Positions 1 to 9,066 of a stretch of 64,000 nucleotides of DNA are shown piece after piece. The stretch is from an uncultured Eubacteriales bacterium (GTDB lineage Bacteria; Bacillota; Clostridia; Oscillospirales; CAG-272), in assembly GCA_900542425.1 (NCBI GenBank), contig UQNQ01000002.1, forward strand, positions 111,483-175,482. Direction: 5' to 3'. Position numbers and translations under genes: made by a program. The notes under the pieces are model-generated. The model did no database searches. It was given only the letters and a program-made list of their open reading frames with translations, and was not told the DNA's origin. How positions within the stretch are numbered: position 1 is the stretch's first letter; each line of letters starts with the position of its first letter.

Positions 1-57
1 GCAGAAAACCGGATGCATACCATCAAAGCCGTTATGGCGGCAACCTTATCAAAATGA
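1..57 (+). CDS. argF: ornithine carbamoyltransferase, 3' end only (gene starts upstream of the window)
   Basis: The frame-1 translation AENRMHTIKAVMAATLSK-stop resembles the conserved OTCase C-terminus as I remember it for E. coli ArgI/ArgF. The TGA at 55-57 overlaps the carA ATG at 54-56 (ATGA coupling). Confidence 0.6.
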   Translation, partial: AENRMHTIKAVMAATLSK

Positions 58-1133
58 TGAAAAAGAGATATTTGATTTTAGAAGACGGCACCGTCTATGA
101 GGGTGCCGCCATTGGCGCCGATCGAAGCTGTATCGGCGAACTTGTTTTTACAACAGGCATGTGCGGATATACAGAAACGCTAACGGATCCGAGCTATTTC
201 GGACAAATCGTGCTGCAAACCTTTCCTCTTATCGGAAACTACGGAATCTCGGAAGCGGATTTTGAGGGGAAATGCGCCGTTTCGGGCTATATTGTACGGG
301 AAGCTTGTGAGGCTCCCTCCAATTTCCGCTGCGAATATACACTGAATACTTTTCTAAAGCGTAACGGTATCCCCGGTATCTGCGGTGTCGATACCCGAGA
401 CCTGACCAAAAAGATCCGCGAGCACGGCGTTATGAATGCTATGCTCGCAGATGCGGTTCCTGTTTCTATCACAGAAATCAAAGAATATACCATTCAAAAT
501 GCCGTAAACAGCGTAACACGGACCATTCCGGAGACATTCTCCCCCGAATCGGCGAGGTATCGTGTGACTCTCATTGATTATGGTGCAAAACGGAACATCA
601 TAAGAGAGCTTGTCCGCCGAGGCTGCACGGTCACCGCCGTTCCGGCGGGAACCTGTGCCGCGGAAATTCTTGCCGGCGCGCCGGATGGGATTATGCTGTC
701 AAACGGTCCCGGCGATCCCGCGGAAAATACGACGGAAATTGAAGTGCTTCGCACGCTTCTCGGGAAAATACCGATATTCGGCATCTGTCTTGGACATCAG
801 CTCATGGCACTCGCCCTAGGGGCCGAGACAGAAAAGCTGAAATACGGACACCGAGGCGTCAATCAGCCGGTACGCGATATGATGGGAACAAGGACATATA
901 TGACAAGCCAAAATCATGGATACGCCGTTGTACCAAAAAGTCTGAAAACAGGCGTTCTGAGGTATATCAACGCCAATGACGGCACCTGTGAGGGGATCGA
1001 CTATCCGGAGCTTTCCGCTTTTTCGGTTCAATTTCATCCGGAAGCCTGCGGCGGTCCTCACGATACATCGTTTCTTTTTGATCGTTTCCTTGCCGTCATG
1101 AAGGAAAGGAGGGACTGCGATGCCTCTCGATAA
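54..1133 (+). CDS. carA: carbamoyl-phosphate synthase small (glutamine amidotransferase) subunit
   Basis: 359-aa ORF with a CPSase small-chain N-domain followed by a class I GATase. The GATase carries GICLGHQ (nucleophile Cys) and FHPEA motifs. The ORF overlaps carB by 14 nt. Confidence 0.95.
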   Translation: MMKKRYLILEDGTVYEGAAIGADRSCIGELVFTTGMCGYTETLTDPSYFGQIVLQTFPLIGNYGISEADFEGKCAVSGYIVREACEAPSNFRCEYTLNTFLKRNGIPGICGVDTRDLTKKIREHGVMNAMLADAVPVSITEIKEYTIQNAVNSVTRTIPETFSPESARYRVTLIDYGAKRNIIRELVRRGCTVTAVPAGTCAAEILAGAPDGIMLSNGPGDPAENTTEIEVLRTLLGKIPIFGICLGHQLMALALGAETEKLKYGHRGVNQPVRDMMGTRTYMTSQNHGYAVVPKSLKTGVLRYINANDGTCEGIDYPELSAFSVQFHPEACGGPHDTSFLFDRFLAVMKERRDCDASR

Positions 1134-4100
1134 AACCATCAGGAAAACACTCATTATCGGCTCCGGCCCGATTGTGATCGGGCAGGCAGCAGAATTTGAT
1201 TATGCCGGGACACAAGGCTGCCGCGTTCTGAAAGAAGCCGGTGTAAATGTCGTACTTGTCAACTCCAATCCTGCGACCATCATGACCGATGAGGCCTTTG
1301 CGGATGAGATTTATTTGGAACCGCTGACCGTGGAAACACTCCGGCGCATCATCGAGAAGGAAAAACCTGACAGCCTGCTTGCCGGGCTTGGCGGTCAAAC
1401 CGGACTCACGCTTGCCATGGAACTCTCAAAGAACGGCTTTCTTGAGTCACACGGCGTTCGGCTGATCGGAACCAACATCGACGCTATCGACAAAGCAGAA
1501 GATCGAAAGCTCTTCAAGGAAACTATGGATAAGATCGGTGAGCCGACCATCCCATCCGGAATCGCGCAAACGGTGGAAGAGGCGCTTGCCGTTGCGGAAA
1601 AAATCGGTTATCCCGTTATTATCCGTCCGGCATTCACACTCGGCGGTTCCGGCGGCGGCGTGGCTTTTTCCGAGGAGGAAATGCGGGCAGCGGCAAAAAC
1701 GGGACTTGATGCCTCGCCCATCACACAAATCTTGGTCGAAAAATATATTGCCGGCTGGAAAGAAATCGAATTCGAAACCATGCGCGACGCTGCGGGAAAC
1801 GTGATTGCCGTCTGCTCAATGGAAAATTTTGATCCCGTCGGCATTCATACCGGCGACAGCATTGTTGTGGCTCCCGCACTGACACTCGCCGACAAAGAAT
1901 ACCAGATGCTTCGCAGTGCAGCGCTTCATATCATCTCATCACTCGGAATCGTCGGCGGATGCAACTGTCAGTTTGCACTTTCTCCGGACAGCTTTGAATA
2001 CGCGGTAATCGAGGTCAATCCCCGTGTATCTCGTTCCTCCGCGCTCGCTTCGAAAGCAACGGGATATCCGATCGCAAAAATTACGGCAAAAATCGCGCTC
2101 GGCTATACACTGGACGAAATCAAAAACGACATCACCGGAAAAACCTGCGCCTGCTTTGAGCCGGCTCTTGATTATGTTGTCGTAAAATTTCCGAAATGGC
2201 CGTTCGACAAATTTGCCGGTGCGTCACGCACACTCGGCACACAGATGAAAGCAACGGGTGAGGTGATGGCGATCGGCACATCGTTTGAGGCTGCCCTCAT
2301 GAAAGCCGTCCGCGGCGCGGAAATCTCTCTCGATACGCTGAACGCTGCTCCAATCGACGGAGCACTGCTTTCCAAGCGTTTGCGCCGTGCGGACGACAGA
2401 CGTCTTTTCACGATTTTTGAGGCACTGAAAGCCGGATACTCCATCGATGAAATTCACAAAATCACTAAAATCGACAAATTTTTTCTCTCAAAACTTCAAA
2501 AGCTCGCCGCATTCGAAAAAGAACTCGCCGCATCCCCGATGACGAAGGAGCTTTACCGTAAAGCGAAGATGCTCGGCTATCCGGATGCCGCTATCTGCCG
2601 GCTGTCCGGCAAGAAGGAACTTCCCTATCTTTCCGCATCCTATAAAATGGTTGATACCTGCGGTGCGGAATTCGACGCGGAGACGCCTTATTTCTATTCT
2701 ACCTACGACAGCGTATGTGAAGCGCGCGAATTTATTGGGAACAGAAAAAAAGAAACCATTCTTGTCCTAGGCTCAGGTCCTATCCGAATCGGTCAGGGTA
2801 TCGAATTTGATTATTCGTCCGTACACTGTGTCATGACACTCAAAAAGATGGGTTATGACGTAGTGATTATCAATAATAATCCCGAAACGGTTTCCACCGA
2901 TTATGATACCGCTGACAGACTGTATTTCGAGCCGTTGACACCGGAAGACGTCATGAACGTCATCCAGGTGGAGCATCCTTTGGGTGTCGTCGTCGCTTTC
3001 GGCGGACAGACAGCAATCAAGCTGACAGGATATTTGAATCAGCACAGGATTCCGATTCTCGGAACCTCTGCCGAAGGAATCGATACAGCGGAAGACAGAG
3101 AAAAATTCGACGCGCTTCTTGAAAAATTCGGCTTTCGCCGTCCGCGCGGCATGGCTGTGCATACCATGGAGGAAGCACTTGCCGCAGCAAGAGAACTGGG
3201 ATATCCGGTATTGCTGCGTCCCTCCTATGTCATCGGCGGACAGAATATGCAGATTTCCCATCATGATGCCGAAGTTCGCCGCTATATGGAGCGAATCCTT
3301 GCGCAAGGTATTGAAAATCCCGTGCTGGTCGACAAATATATGATGGGACCGGAGCTGGAAGTGGACGTGATTTCCGACGGACACGATGTTCTCATTCCCG
3401 GTATCATGCAACATATCGAGCGTGCAGGCGTACACAGCGGCGACTCTATCGCAGTCTATCCTCCTTACGGCATCAATGATAAAATGACGGCAAAAATTGT
3501 AGACTGTTCCGAAAAGCTGGCGCTCGCGCTCGGGACAAAAGGTCTTGTCAATATTCAATATCTGATATACGGCGGCGAACTTTATGTGATTGAAGTCAAT
3601 CCGCGTGCGTCACGTACCATACCTTATATCAGTAAGGTAACCGGTGTGCCAATGGTGGATATCGCTTCCCGCGTCATGCTCGGGACCCCGCTTTCCGCCC
3701 TCGGCTATGGGACGGGATTATACAAAACCCCTCCGTATTTCGCAGTAAAAGTCCCCGTTTTTTCCTTTGAAAAGCTGACAGATGTAAGCTCCTATCTCGG
3801 TCCGGAAATGAAATCAACAGGAGAGGTGCTCGGTATCGGGCGCACGCTTGCACAAGCAATGTTCAAGGGCTTTACTGCGGCGGGATACCGGATTCAGTCC
3901 ACGCCGACACACAGCGACACCGGCGTTTTTCTCAGTGTGGAAAGTCATGATTATCATGAAGTGGTTTCCCTTGCCAAAAAGCTGAGCGACCTCGGTATGA
4001 AACTATATGCCACGCCGGATACTGCAGCAGTCATCCGCGGACTCGGCGTAGATGCCACGGAGGTCCCCGGCATGACGGATCGCGCGGCGACATTTGCGCT

Positions 4101-5157
4101 CCTTGAATCCGGGAACATCCAATATATTGTTTATACCGGTGCCCTTTTTGACCGGACGCTCGACGATTATATCGCACTGCATCGAAAAGCGCTGACGCTT
4201 GGCATTGTCTGCCTTACCTCCTTGGATACGGCAAACGCGCTCGCAGATGTCATTGCGGGACGCTTCCGCGAGGATAATACAGAGCTTGTGGATATCCATG
4301 ATATGCGTACGGAACCGATGAAGCTTCCGTTTGCGAAAATGCAGGGTTCCGGAAACGACTATATCTTTTTTGAGAATTTTGACGGAAAAATCACCTGTCC
4401 CGAAGCATTGGCGGTCAGCCTCTGTGACCGGTCACGCGGTATCGGCGGCTCAGGGATCGTTCTCATTGAAAAGTCCGAAATCGCAGATGCCAAAATGCGA
4501 ATTTTCAATCAGGACGGCAGTGAGGGAAAAATGGCAGGCAACAGCATTCGCTGTACCGGGAAATATCTGTACGATAACGGATATGTACATTCCGAACGAA
4601 TTACCGTGGAAACCGCAAGCGGCATCAAAACGCTTACAATGTATACAAGCGGCGGCAAAGTAACCTATGTCAGCGTCGAAATGGGAAAACCGGATTTTTC
4701 TGCAAAATCGCTTCCCTGCACGTTAAACGCAGACGAAATCATCCGCTATCCCGTAACAGTAGGCGGCAAGGAATATGAAATTACCTGCCTTTCTGTCGGG
4801 AATCCGCATTGCGTCATTTTCTGCGAGCATGTAAATGACATCCATATAGAAATGACAGGTCCGCTGTTTGAACATGCGCCGTTCTTCCCGGAACGCATCA
4901 ATACGGAATTTATTCATATTGCAGATGAAACGACCATTCAAATGCGTGTTTGGGAGCGCGGGAACGGAGAAACGCAAGCATGCGGTACAGGCGCCGCGGC
5001 TGCAGTTGCAGCTGCCGTCCGTCTCGGTTTCTGTAAAAAGGATGCGGACATCACTGTAAAGCTTCGGGATGCAGACCTTGTCGTGCGCTGTTCGGACGCG
5101 GGAATCACACTGGACGGAGACGCCAATCTCGTCTACGAGGGAGTCGTGGAATATTAA
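1120..5157 (+). CDS. carB: carbamoyl-phosphate synthase large subunit fused in frame to diaminopimelate epimerase (single 1345-aa ORF)
   Basis: The first ~1061 aa are a full CarB, with two ATP-grasp halves, an oligomerisation region and an MGS-like C-domain. An RBS GGAAAGGAGGG lies before the ATG at 1120. The reading frame continues without a stop into a DapF-like sequence. Confidence 0.9.
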   Translation: MPLDKTIRKTLIIGSGPIVIGQAAEFDYAGTQGCRVLKEAGVNVVLVNSNPATIMTDEAFADEIYLEPLTVETLRRIIEKEKPDSLLAGLGGQTGLTLAMELSKNGFLESHGVRLIGTNIDAIDKAEDRKLFKETMDKIGEPTIPSGIAQTVEEALAVAEKIGYPVIIRPAFTLGGSGGGVAFSEEEMRAAAKTGLDASPITQILVEKYIAGWKEIEFETMRDAAGNVIAVCSMENFDPVGIHTGDSIVVAPALTLADKEYQMLRSAALHIISSLGIVGGCNCQFALSPDSFEYAVIEVNPRVSRSSALASKATGYPIAKITAKIALGYTLDEIKNDITGKTCACFEPALDYVVVKFPKWPFDKFAGASRTLGTQMKATGEVMAIGTSFEAALMKAVRGAEISLDTLNAAPIDGALLSKRLRRADDRRLFTIFEALKAGYSIDEIHKITKIDKFFLSKLQKLAAFEKELAASPMTKELYRKAKMLGYPDAAICRLSGKKELPYLSASYKMVDTCGAEFDAETPYFYSTYDSVCEAREFIGNRKKETILVLGSGPIRIGQGIEFDYSSVHCVMTLKKMGYDVVIINNNPETVSTDYDTADRLYFEPLTPEDVMNVIQVEHPLGVVVAFGGQTAIKLTGYLNQHRIPILGTSAEGIDTAEDREKFDALLEKFGFRRPRGMAVHTMEEALAAARELGYPVLLRPSYVIGGQNMQISHHDAEVRRYMERILAQGIENPVLVDKYMMGPELEVDVISDGHDVLIPGIMQHIERAGVHSGDSIAVYPPYGINDKMTAKIVDCSEKLALALGTKGLVNIQYLIYGGELYVIEVNPRASRTIPYISKVTGVPMVDIASRVMLGTPLSALGYGTGLYKTPPYFAVKVPVFSFEKLTDVSSYLGPEMKSTGEVLGIGRTLAQAMFKGFTAAGYRIQSTPTHSDTGVFLSVESHDYHEVVSLAKKLSDLGMKLYATPDTAAVIRGLGVDATEVPGMTDRAATFALLESGNIQYIVYTGALFDRTLDDYIALHRKALTLGIVCLTSLDTANALADVIAGRFREDNTELVDIHDMRTEPMKLPFAKMQGSGNDYIFFENFDGKITCPEALAVSLCDRSRGIGGSGIVLIEKSEIADAKMRIFNQDGSEGKMAGNSIRCTGKYLYDNGYVHSERITVETASGIKTLTMYTSGGKVTYVSVEMGKPDFSAKSLPCTLNADEIIRYPVTVGGKEYEITCLSVGNPHCVIFCEHVNDIHIEMTGPLFEHAPFFPERINTEFIHIADETTIQMRVWERGNGETQACGTGAAAAVAAAVRLGFCKKDADITVKLRDADLVVRCSDAGITLDGDANLVYEGVVEY
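4303..5157 (+). other. dapF: diaminopimelate epimerase (DapF) module, C-terminal part of the carB ORF
   Basis: The sequence MKLPFAKMQGSGNDYIFF... carries both DapF catalytic-Cys motifs, GNSIRCTGKY and ETQACGTGAAAA. In-frame ATGs occur at 4303 and 4318, but neither has a convincing Shine-Dalgarno. No stop codon separates this module from CarB. Confidence 0.8.
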
Positions 5158-5176
5158 AGACCTCTTAATTCAAGCA

Positions 5177-5217
5177 AAAGCCATGTTGACATGTATGTCA
5201 ACATGGCTTTTATTTTT
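5177..5217 (+). terminator. intrinsic terminator after carB-dapF
   Basis: Perfect 16-bp inverted repeat, aaagccatgttgacat / atgtcaacatggcttt, followed by tattttt. Confidence 0.8.
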
Positions 5218-5261
5218 GTCCTATCCTGCCGAGAAATGATTGAGAACGTGATCCTTGCTGT

Positions 5262-5294
5262 CAAAAAAACACCGGCTCGAAAACGAGCCGGTGT
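5262..5294 (-). terminator. intrinsic terminator after the Gfo/Idh/MocA oxidoreductase gene
   Basis: Stem acaccggctcg / cgagccggtgt. The minus strand reads the stem followed by a T7 run. Confidence 0.75.
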
Positions 5295-5323
5295 ACCGGT
5301 TCCGATCAATTGGAAAATGATTT

Positions 5324-6391
5324 TTATTTCTTCAGAATGACCTCATGTCCGGTTTTTGCCGACTCATAGATTGCATTCAGTATTTTCATCATTTCTACGC
5401 CGTCACAGGCAGGACTGATGCATTCCGTTCCGTTCAGGATGCAATCCACGTAATGATTGATTTCCTGACAGAACATATTGCCGAGGTTCATTGTTGTCTC
5501 CGCTTTCAGGGAGATGTCCGTCATATACCCGTCCAGTTCTCCGTAAAGCTCAAGTTCGGGACTGAGAGACGCACCGGCTTTCGTACCGAAAAACTGCATT
5601 TTTCCCTCATCGTTTTTGATATTTAGACTGAAGCTTGCTTCCACACTAAGCACAGAACCGTCTTCAAAACGGATAAGCGCCGTCGCAAGATCTTCTACAT
5701 CACAAATATCATCAGGTCCTGCACCCGAAGAACGATACGCCTTCTTTGAACGAATATTTTTTCTGTCATAAAGCTTCTGGAATGTAGCTCCGTAAACGGA
5801 AACCGCATGAGGCTTGCCTTTCAGGAATCTGTCAAAATCGATCACATGCACGCCAAGATCAATGAGCGGTCCGCCGCCGGAACGCGACTTGTCTCCGAAC
5901 CATCCACCGGGATTCCCGTTGCGGCGCAGATATTCCACCTTAGAGAAATAGAGATCTCCGAAGAAACCATCCTCGTAAAGCTCCCGCAGAATCTTCATAT
6001 CCGGACCAAAACGCCGGACAAATCCAATCATCAGCAGCTTGCCGTTCTTTTCCGCGGCAGCCTGCATCGCTTCTGCATCCTGAGCCGTGATGCTCATCGG
6101 TTTTTCACAGAGAACATGCTTGCCGGCATTCAAGGCGGCAATGGTACACGGCGCATGTGCGCTGTTCCATGTACATACGCTTACCGCATCAAGCTCCGGC
6201 AACGCAAGCATTTCGTCTAAATCCGTATAAAGTCTTTCAACTTCGTACTTTTCCCCCATTGACGCCAGTCTTTTTTCATTGATATCACAGAATGCATACA
6301 ATTCCACATTCGGATTTTTACGATAAGCGTCGATATGTGCTCCCGCAATGTTCCCGACACCGATAACACCGACTTTCAGTTTCTTTTCCAT
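5324..6391 (-). CDS. Gfo/Idh/MocA family NAD(P)-dependent oxidoreductase
   Basis: N-terminal Rossmann motif VGVIGVGNIAGAHI and an EKP motif (LCEKPM), both typical of the family. Length is 355 aa. Confidence 0.85.
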   Translation of the reverse strand: MEKKLKVGVIGVGNIAGAHIDAYRKNPNVELYAFCDINEKRLASMGEKYEVERLYTDLDEMLALPELDAVSVCTWNSAHAPCTIAALNAGKHVLCEKPMSITAQDAEAMQAAAEKNGKLLMIGFVRRFGPDMKILRELYEDGFFGDLYFSKVEYLRRNGNPGGWFGDKSRSGGGPLIDLGVHVIDFDRFLKGKPHAVSVYGATFQKLYDRKNIRSKKAYRSSGAGPDDICDVEDLATALIRFEDGSVLSVEASFSLNIKNDEGKMQFFGTKAGASLSPELELYGELDGYMTDISLKAETTMNLGNMFCQEINHYVDCILNGTECISPACDGVEMMKILNAIYESAKTGHEVILKK

Positions 6392-6439
6392 ATCCGATTT
6401 CCTTTCCGCCGCGTCTGCCGCAGCTTTGCCTCTTCTTAC

Positions 6440-7297
6440 TCAATGTTCACGGATTACTTGTTTTAAATGGTCATACGCAATTTTGATATCGCGTGCAGGA
6501 TCCTCTCCGACCTCGCGTTCGATCGTAAGGAATCCTCGATAGCCGATATCATCGAGCGCTGCCAGATATTTTGCGAAATCCACGCTGCCTGTGCCAAGCG
6601 GAACTTCCTTGAAATATTTTACACCCTGTACTTCCTCCGGAATCGGATGAACGACACGGTAAATATACTCGGGATTGCCATCCGCAAGCTTAACACCGTC
6701 TTTCGCATGAGTATGGACAATATAGCGGCGCAGGTTATAGACCGCCTGAACAGGATCATCTCCCGTTACCATGACAAGATTCGCCGGATCCAGATTGACT
6801 GCAACGCCGGTCGAATCCAAGGAATCAAGGAATTCCGCGAGCACCGCGGATGGCTCCGGTCCCGTTTCCACTGCAAAATGAGAGCCAATGCTATCGGCAT
6901 AGCGCGCAAGCTCAGCACAAGCCTCCTGCATAATTTTATACCGGTCATGGTTTTTATCTGACGGTACCACCCCGATATGCGTCGTTACAATATTCGTTTC
7001 AAAATCCTTCGCCATATCCATAATGCGTTTGGACTGCTCAATCAGCTCGGGATTAAGCGCAGGATCTCCGAAACCGCGTCCGAGATCCCCGCAGATCGCG
7101 GAGAATACCATGCCATAGTCTTTGACATAATTCAAAAGCTCTCGGCGCTGTTCCTTTCCGAAGTTTTCCGGTCCATGCGCACCGCGCGTACAATACATCT
7201 GAAGTCCTTTGATACCGATTGCCGCCGCTTTTTTCACCGCTTCTTTTGTATCGCAGCGGAACGAATCCACAATCGCTCCGATTGGAAAATCATACAT
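6440..7297 (-). CDS. sugar phosphate isomerase/epimerase (xylose isomerase-like TIM barrel)
   Basis: 285 aa with family-typical segments (VTTHIGV, FAVETGPE, HTHAKD, LTIERE). Confidence 0.75.
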   Translation of the reverse strand: MYDFPIGAIVDSFRCDTKEAVKKAAAIGIKGLQMYCTRGAHGPENFGKEQRRELLNYVKDYGMVFSAICGDLGRGFGDPALNPELIEQSKRIMDMAKDFETNIVTTHIGVVPSDKNHDRYKIMQEACAELARYADSIGSHFAVETGPEPSAVLAEFLDSLDSTGVAVNLDPANLVMVTGDDPVQAVYNLRRYIVHTHAKDGVKLADGNPEYIYRVVHPIPEEVQGVKYFKEVPLGTGSVDFAKYLAALDDIGYRGFLTIEREVGEDPARDIKIAYDHLKQVIREH

Positions 7298-7335
7298 GAT
7301 TCCAAATACCTCCCTTAGAACCCAAAATCATATTC

Positions 7336-7364
7336 ATTTTAGTTCATCCCAATCAAAATGTCAA
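7336..7364 (-). promoter_or_regulatory. sigma-A type promoter for the isomerase/oxidoreductase pair
   Basis: The minus strand reads TTGACA-N17-TAAAAT. It lies about 40 nt upstream of the RBS (AAGGGAGG) of the gene starting at 7297. Confidence 0.6.
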
Positions 7365-7518
7365 CATAAAAGCCGTGAATTTCCGCAACTTTTTTTAGCA
7401 AATACAAAAAATTTTTACAAAAAAAGGATAACCAAACCTTTCACGTGTCTCTGCTCCAATGAAAATCCCTTCCCGCTTTCAAAATACAATTTCATTGTTT
7501 TATTCAACCGGGAGCTTC

Positions 7519-7553
7519 AATAAAACGAAAAACGGCGGGAATACCCGCCGTTT
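7519..7553 (-). terminator. intrinsic terminator after uxuA
   Basis: Stem aaacggcggg / cccgccgttt with loop aata. On the minus strand it is followed by tttttcgtttt. Confidence 0.75.
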
Positions 7554-7555
7554 GT

Positions 7556-8626
7556 TTATTTCCGATTTGCCTTGACAATGGCTTCCCAAAGCCCGTTGAG
7601 ATAGGTTGCACCAAGCGCACGGTCATATAAACCGTAACCGGGCATCGCGACCTCATCCCAAATCATGCGTCCGTGATCAGGACGGATCGGTCCGTCAAAT
7701 CCGATGTCATAAAGTGCTTTCATAATTTCATACATATCGAATGTGCCGTCCGAGGACAAATGCGCCGCTTCTTCAAAGTCCGTCGGAGAATTGAATTTCA
7801 GATTGCGGACATGCGCAAAATGGATACGTCCTTTCAGAGAACGGATCATATCCGGCAGATTGTTGTTAAGATTGGTCCCATAAGAACCGGAACAGAACGT
7901 AACGCCGTTGTGCGGGTCGTCTACCATTTTCATCATGCGCAGGATATTTTCCTTGTTGATGATGATTCGAGGCAATCCGAATACGCTCCATGCCGGATCG
8001 TCCGGATGAATTGCCATTTTAATGTCGTATTGGTTGCACACGGGCATAATCGCCTCAAGAAAATATTTCAGATTGGCAAAAAGCTTTTCGTCGTCAACCT
8101 CTTTATAAAGGGTAAACAACTCCTTCACTTTTGCCATGCGCTCCGGCTCCCAGCCGGGCATAACAGTCCCGTTCATGTCCCCTGAAATCGAGGAAAACAT
8201 CTCATCCGGATTCAACTTATCCACCGCCGCCTGTGTATAAGCAAGAACCGTTGACCCGTCGGGACGTTTTCTGGCAAGCTCTGTGCGTGTCCAGTCAAAA
8301 ACCGGCATAAAATTGTAGCAAACCATATGAATATCAGCTTTGCCGAGTCGCTCCAGCGTTGTAATATAATTTTCAATATGACGGTCGCGTTCCGGCATAC
8401 CCGCCTTGATTGCGTCACTGACGTTAACGCTCTCAATGCCGTGAATAAGCAGTCCCGCGTCCTCCACTTCTTTTTTCAGTGCCGCAATTTTTTCCGTTTC
8501 CCACGCTTCTCCCGGCACAGAATCATAAAGAGTGGTAATCACTCCGGTCACACCGGGTATCTGACGGATTTGTTTCAAGGTCACGGTGTCGAATCCGGTC
8601 CCGTACCATCTAAGTGTCATGTTCAT
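7556..8626 (-). CDS. uxuA: mannonate dehydratase
   Basis: 356 aa. The N-terminus M(N)MTLRWYG... and overall similarity to UxuA extend along the full length. Confidence 0.9.
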   Translation of the reverse strand: MNMTLRWYGTGFDTVTLKQIRQIPGVTGVITTLYDSVPGEAWETEKIAALKKEVEDAGLLIHGIESVNVSDAIKAGMPERDRHIENYITTLERLGKADIHMVCYNFMPVFDWTRTELARKRPDGSTVLAYTQAAVDKLNPDEMFSSISGDMNGTVMPGWEPERMAKVKELFTLYKEVDDEKLFANLKYFLEAIMPVCNQYDIKMAIHPDDPAWSVFGLPRIIINKENILRMMKMVDDPHNGVTFCSGSYGTNLNNNLPDMIRSLKGRIHFAHVRNLKFNSPTDFEEAAHLSSDGTFDMYEIMKALYDIGFDGPIRPDHGRMIWDEVAMPGYGLYDRALGATYLNGLWEAIVKANRK

Positions 8627-8681
8627 AGAAAATCTCCTTCTGCCGCCTGCCGGCGACGTATAAAATAATTTCTTTCAGCTT

Positions 8682-9065
8682 TTACTGCATGCGGGCTTCG
8701 AGCGTCGCCACCTTTTCCTCAAGTTCCCGAATCTGCTCACGCTGAAGCATCAGCTCCGCCGCCATATCGTAATAGTTCATTGCCCCGTATTTTTCACATC
8801 GTTTTTCATATTTTTCATAGTTCATCTTTACAGGAAGAACTTTATATAAAACGACCCCGAGGATTAAGAAAATCGCCCCCATCGGCGCAAAAATAACAGA
8901 GGGCATGACTCCTGTCTGCGCATCTCTTACATCGGCAATCCAAAGCACCAAAGCAAGAATTAAAAATAAAATTCCGATACTGCCAAAAACAATCAGCATT
9001 ATTTTTTTTGCCATCCGCATCTGCTTTTCCACAATTTCCGCAAACAATTCCTTTTTTGATTTCAT
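8682..9065 (-). CDS. small membrane protein with C-terminal coiled coil (unknown function)
   Basis: Start chosen at MKSKKEL, 6 nt downstream of an AAGGAGG RBS. The protein has two hydrophobic helices and then a heptad-like tail (QREQIRELEEKVATLEARMQ). The start lies 1 nt from the hemW stop. Confidence 0.6.
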   Translation of the reverse strand: MKSKKELFAEIVEKQMRMAKKIMLIVFGSIGILFLILALVLWIADVRDAQTGVMPSVIFAPMGAIFLILGVVLYKVLPVKMNYEKYEKRCEKYGAMNYYDMAAELMLQREQIRELEEKVATLEARMQ

Positions 9066-9066
9066 G

